Assembly: GCA_964512445.1 (NCBI GenBank)
Contig: CAZEGS010000002.1
Location: 1-55,085 of the forward strand
From: an uncultured Candidatus Bathyarchaeia archaeon
Lineage (GTDB): Archaea; Thermoproteota; Bathyarchaeia; Bathyarchaeales; DTEX01
Reading direction: 5' to 3'
DNA: 55,085 nucleotides
How positions within the stretch are numbered: position 1 is the first letter of the stretch; each line of letters starts with the position of its first letter. A program made the translations under genes and the position numbers. The notes under the pieces are model-generated. The model did no database searches. It worked only from the letters and a program-made list of their open reading frames with translations, and was not told where the DNA came from. This document shows positions 52,628 to 55,085 of this stretch, in pieces.

Positions 52628-55085
52628 ATGACGATTGCCCGCTTAGATGAGTACTTCCCAAAAGATAATGCTGCTCATACCAACTTGAAGGGGAACCCCG
52701 ATTCTAGCCAGAAAACTCTCCAGCCCCCTCAGGTTGATGCGAAGGAGAACCCTGCTGAAAAAGAGGTTCTCCAGAATCTCCCGCCATCATATTTTGTCTC
52801 CGCAACTTATGATGGTAATGCAAATCTGGCCTGTATAAAACTCTATGAGCCTGTCTCAAAGCGCATTTATAGATGGTATGATAATACTGGCCATAAACCA
52901 TACTGTCTGACAAACGTGACTCCGGAAGAGCTGGAGAAGATTCCTAGGGTAGTTAACCATCCGGGCTTTGATCACGCGGAGATCGTTGAAAAGTATGATG
53001 CAATCAACGACAAAATTATTAAAGTGACAAAGGTAGTGGCGAAGGATCCGCTCTCGATTGGAGGGCGACCGAAAGGCTGCCTAAGAGATATTATTCCAGA
53101 GGAATATCCGAAGATTTTCGGTTCAGAAAAAGAGCCGAAGGTGTGGGAGGCCGCAATCAAATATTATCAATGCTACATCTTCGACAGAAGACTTCTCCCA
53201 GGAATGCTTTACGAGATTAAAGACGGCGAACTTATTCCAGCAGTTAATGAGGAGGCTGAAAAGAACATAAAGGTGATACTTCAGACAGCCTTTAAGAATG
53301 AACCTGAGGATCTCCTTCCATTCCTTGAGTCTTGGATAAGGCTTCTCGAGTATCCAGCTCCAGATATGAAACGTGTCGCACTTGATATTGAAGTTTACTC
53401 TCCAGTTGCAACTAGGGTTCCAGATGCGGAGGAGGCCCCCTACCCAATCCTCTGCGCTTGTCTCGTTGACTCGGAGGGTAATAGGAGAGTCTTACTTCTC
53501 AGGAGAGAGGAAGGAGAAGAAGAGCTGAATCTCCCTAAAGATGTAAAGGTTGAGTTTTATAGTTCAGAAAGGGATATGCTGGCGGCGATCTTTAAGGCGA
53601 TAGATGAATATCCCTTCGTCATAACCTTCAATGGAGACGATTTCGACCTCCGATATCTCTATCATAGAGCGCAAAGAATGGGATTTCAAAGAGGAGAGAT
53701 CCCCATCGAGCCTGGAAGACGGGTATACCTGCTCAAAAATGGGATTCACATCGACCTATACAAGTTCTTCTTCAACAAGTCCATACAGATATATGCCTTC
53801 TCACAGAAATATCGGAATGTAACCTTAGATGAGGTTGCAACAGCGATACTTGGAAAGCCCAAGTTGGAGATATCTAAACCGATCTCGGAACTTACATACT
53901 CCGAACTTGCCAAGTACTGCCTCAACGATGCGGAGATAACGCTGGGGCTAACCTCCTTTGACGACGACCTAGTTATGAAGCTCCTGCTAGTCTTGACTCG
54001 TATAAGCAAGATGCCGATGGAGGACGTTAGCAGACAGGGAGTCTCACGTTGGATTAGAACCTTCATGGAGTATGAGCATCGGAAAAGAAACATGCTGATT
54101 CCAAATCAGGAAGATATAATCGCTGCGAAAGGAAAGACTGTGACTACGGCAATAATCAAAGGGAAGAAGTATAAGGGAGCTATAGTTGTTGAACCCGTTC
54201 CGGGAATCCACTTTAACGTTGCAGTGATGGACTTTCAAAGCCTATATCCCTCGATAATAAAAGTTCATAACTTGGGCTATCAATCCGTCAGATGTCCACA
54301 TGAGGAATGCAAGAAGAATATTGTTCCCGGAACGCCGCATTGGATCTGCACTAAACATAGAGCTCTTGAGAGCGCTCTCATAGGCTCACTTAGAGATCTG
54401 AGAGTCTACTGGTATAAGCCTAAGGCGAAAGATAAATCGCTTCCTGAGGCGAGAAGAAACTGGTACAGCGTCATTCAAAGCGCACTTAAGGTTATCCTTA
54501 ACGCTTCCTACGGAGTTTTTGGAGCTGAAACCTTCGATCTTTACTGTCCGCCAGTAGCTGAGACAACAGCGACTATCGGAAGAAACGTGATTACACAGAC
54601 GATTAATAAGGCGAAGGAACTGGGAATTCAGGTGCTATATGGAGATACGGACAGCCTCTTTCTGAAGAATCCGTCTCCTGAACAGGTTAAGGCGTTGTCT
54701 GAATGGGCTGAAAAAACGTTAGGCATGGAGCTTGACGTTGACAAGAAGTATCGTTACGCCGTGTTAAGCTCTAGAAAGAAGAATTATCTCGGAGTTTTTG
54801 AGGATGGAAGCGTAGATGTTAAAGGATTAACTGGAAAGAAGAGTCATATTCCACGCTTCATTAAGAGATACTTCGATGAGCTGGAGAGGAGACTTGCAAA
54901 AGTCGAGAATCCAGCGGATTTCGAAGTAGCAAAGGATGACATAAAAAAGATTGTGCAGGAATGCTATAATAAGCTGAAACGGCATGAATGGGAAGATATA
55001 AACGATCTTGCCTTCGAGGTTGTCCTAGGCAAGCCTCCCCGCGCATACACGAAGACGACTCCCCAACATGTGAAGGCTGCCCGTC
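52628..55085 (+). CDS. polB: Family-B DNA polymerase, 3'-truncated by the window edge
   Basis: Open frame from the ATG at 52628 (in-frame TGA at 52619) to the window end. Not in the ORF track because no stop lies in the window. Exo I ALDIEVYS, Exo II FNGDDFDLRYL, Exo III YCLNDAEIT, Pol A MDFQSLYPSII, Pol B KVILNASYGVFG, Pol C VLYGDTDSLF, then KKNY and KGLTGKKS. Confidence 0.95.
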   Translation, partial: MTIARLDEYFPKDNAAHTNLKGNPDSSQKTLQPPQVDAKENPAEKEVLQNLPPSYFVSATYDGNANLACIKLYEPVSKRIYRWYDNTGHKPYCLTNVTPEELEKIPRVVNHPGFDHAEIVEKYDAINDKIIKVTKVVAKDPLSIGGRPKGCLRDIIPEEYPKIFGSEKEPKVWEAAIKYYQCYIFDRRLLPGMLYEIKDGELIPAVNEEAEKNIKVILQTAFKNEPEDLLPFLESWIRLLEYPAPDMKRVALDIEVYSPVATRVPDAEEAPYPILCACLVDSEGNRRVLLLRREEGEEELNLPKDVKVEFYSSERDMLAAIFKAIDEYPFVITFNGDDFDLRYLYHRAQRMGFQRGEIPIEPGRRVYLLKNGIHIDLYKFFFNKSIQIYAFSQKYRNVTLDEVATAILGKPKLEISKPISELTYSELAKYCLNDAEITLGLTSFDDDLVMKLLLVLTRISKMPMEDVSRQGVSRWIRTFMEYEHRKRNMLIPNQEDIIAAKGKTVTTAIIKGKKYKGAIVVEPVPGIHFNVAVMDFQSLYPSIIKVHNLGYQSVRCPHEECKKNIVPGTPHWICTKHRALESALIGSLRDLRVYWYKPKAKDKSLPEARRNWYSVIQSALKVILNASYGVFGAETFDLYCPPVAETTATIGRNVITQTINKAKELGIQVLYGDTDSLFLKNPSPEQVKALSEWAEKTLGMELDVDKKYRYAVLSSRKKNYLGVFEDGSVDVKGLTGKKSHIPRFIKRYFDELERRLAKVENPADFEVAKDDIKKIVQECYNKLKRHEWEDINDLAFEVVLGKPPRAYTKTTPQHVKAAR

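Noticed and set aside
52704-54238. Several 61 to 115-aa ORFs (both strands) listed by the track inside 52.7 to 54.2 kb.
   Set aside because: All lie antisense or out of frame within the clearly motif-bearing family-B DNA polymerase reading frame (52628 to the window end).
54290-54360. Cysteine- and histidine-rich stretch after Pol motif A in polB (VRCPHEECKKNIVPGTPHWICTKH), as a possible novel zinc insert.
   Set aside because: Archaeal family-B polymerases commonly carry a Cys pair at this position (a disulfide in Thermococcus enzymes). The length is normal, so this is not an insertion.
1-55085. Scan for CRISPR arrays, transposases/IS ends, integrases, toxin-antitoxin pairs, rRNA genes and known defence-system signature genes.
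   Set aside because: No regularly spaced direct repeats, no DDE/HUH/tyrosine-recombinase-like ORFs and no rRNA-like sequence were seen by eye. The window looks like core chromosome apart from the FtsX-related modules.

Overview
This looks like an archaeal chromosomal segment. Support: an archaeal-type Ogg glycosylase, an Nre-family protein, family-B DNA polymerase, tungsten AOR, AT-rich BRE/TATA-like intergenic DNA, and two tRNAs with encoded CCA. I cannot assign a lineage from sequence alone. About 45 genes are densely packed and mostly housekeeping or metabolic: cysS, moaA, thyA-like, sfsA, ogg, AOR, four Gfo/Idh/MocA oxidoreductases, two creatininase-family hydrolases, a PdxA-family dehydrogenase, an enolase-superfamily enzyme, MFS and DedA membrane proteins, tRNA-Cys(GCA) and tRNA-Pro(CGG). 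A nitroreductase gene runs off the 5' edge and a polB gene runs off the 3' edge; neither is in the ORF track. The most unusual content is a set of MacB/FtsX-type (type VII) ABC components. (i) A 1,568-aa protein fuses a degenerate M28/PA peptidase-like ectodomain to an FtsX permease module. It sits 7 nt upstream of two paralogous polytopic OPT-like membrane proteins. (ii) A 1,121-aa paralogue has the same layout but a different ectodomain and an extra cytoplasmic tail. (iii) A PadR-headed operon encodes an ABC ATPase, a Cys4 mini-protein, an unannotated 51-codon ORF and a minimal FtsX permease. (iv) An 'orphan' ABC ATPase has its conserved N-terminus upstream of any canonical start codon. It shares a perfect 202-bp inverted tract with the PadR-operon ATPase gene. 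Other points are a ~45-nt intergenic element present three times, an in-frame TAG splitting a polyprenol-kinase-like gene, a truncated metalloprotease-like gene beside tRNA-Pro, and a CobU-like gene. No CRISPR array, transposase, integrase or rRNA gene was seen. All family calls come from motif recognition by eye, with no database search, and should be treated as hypotheses.
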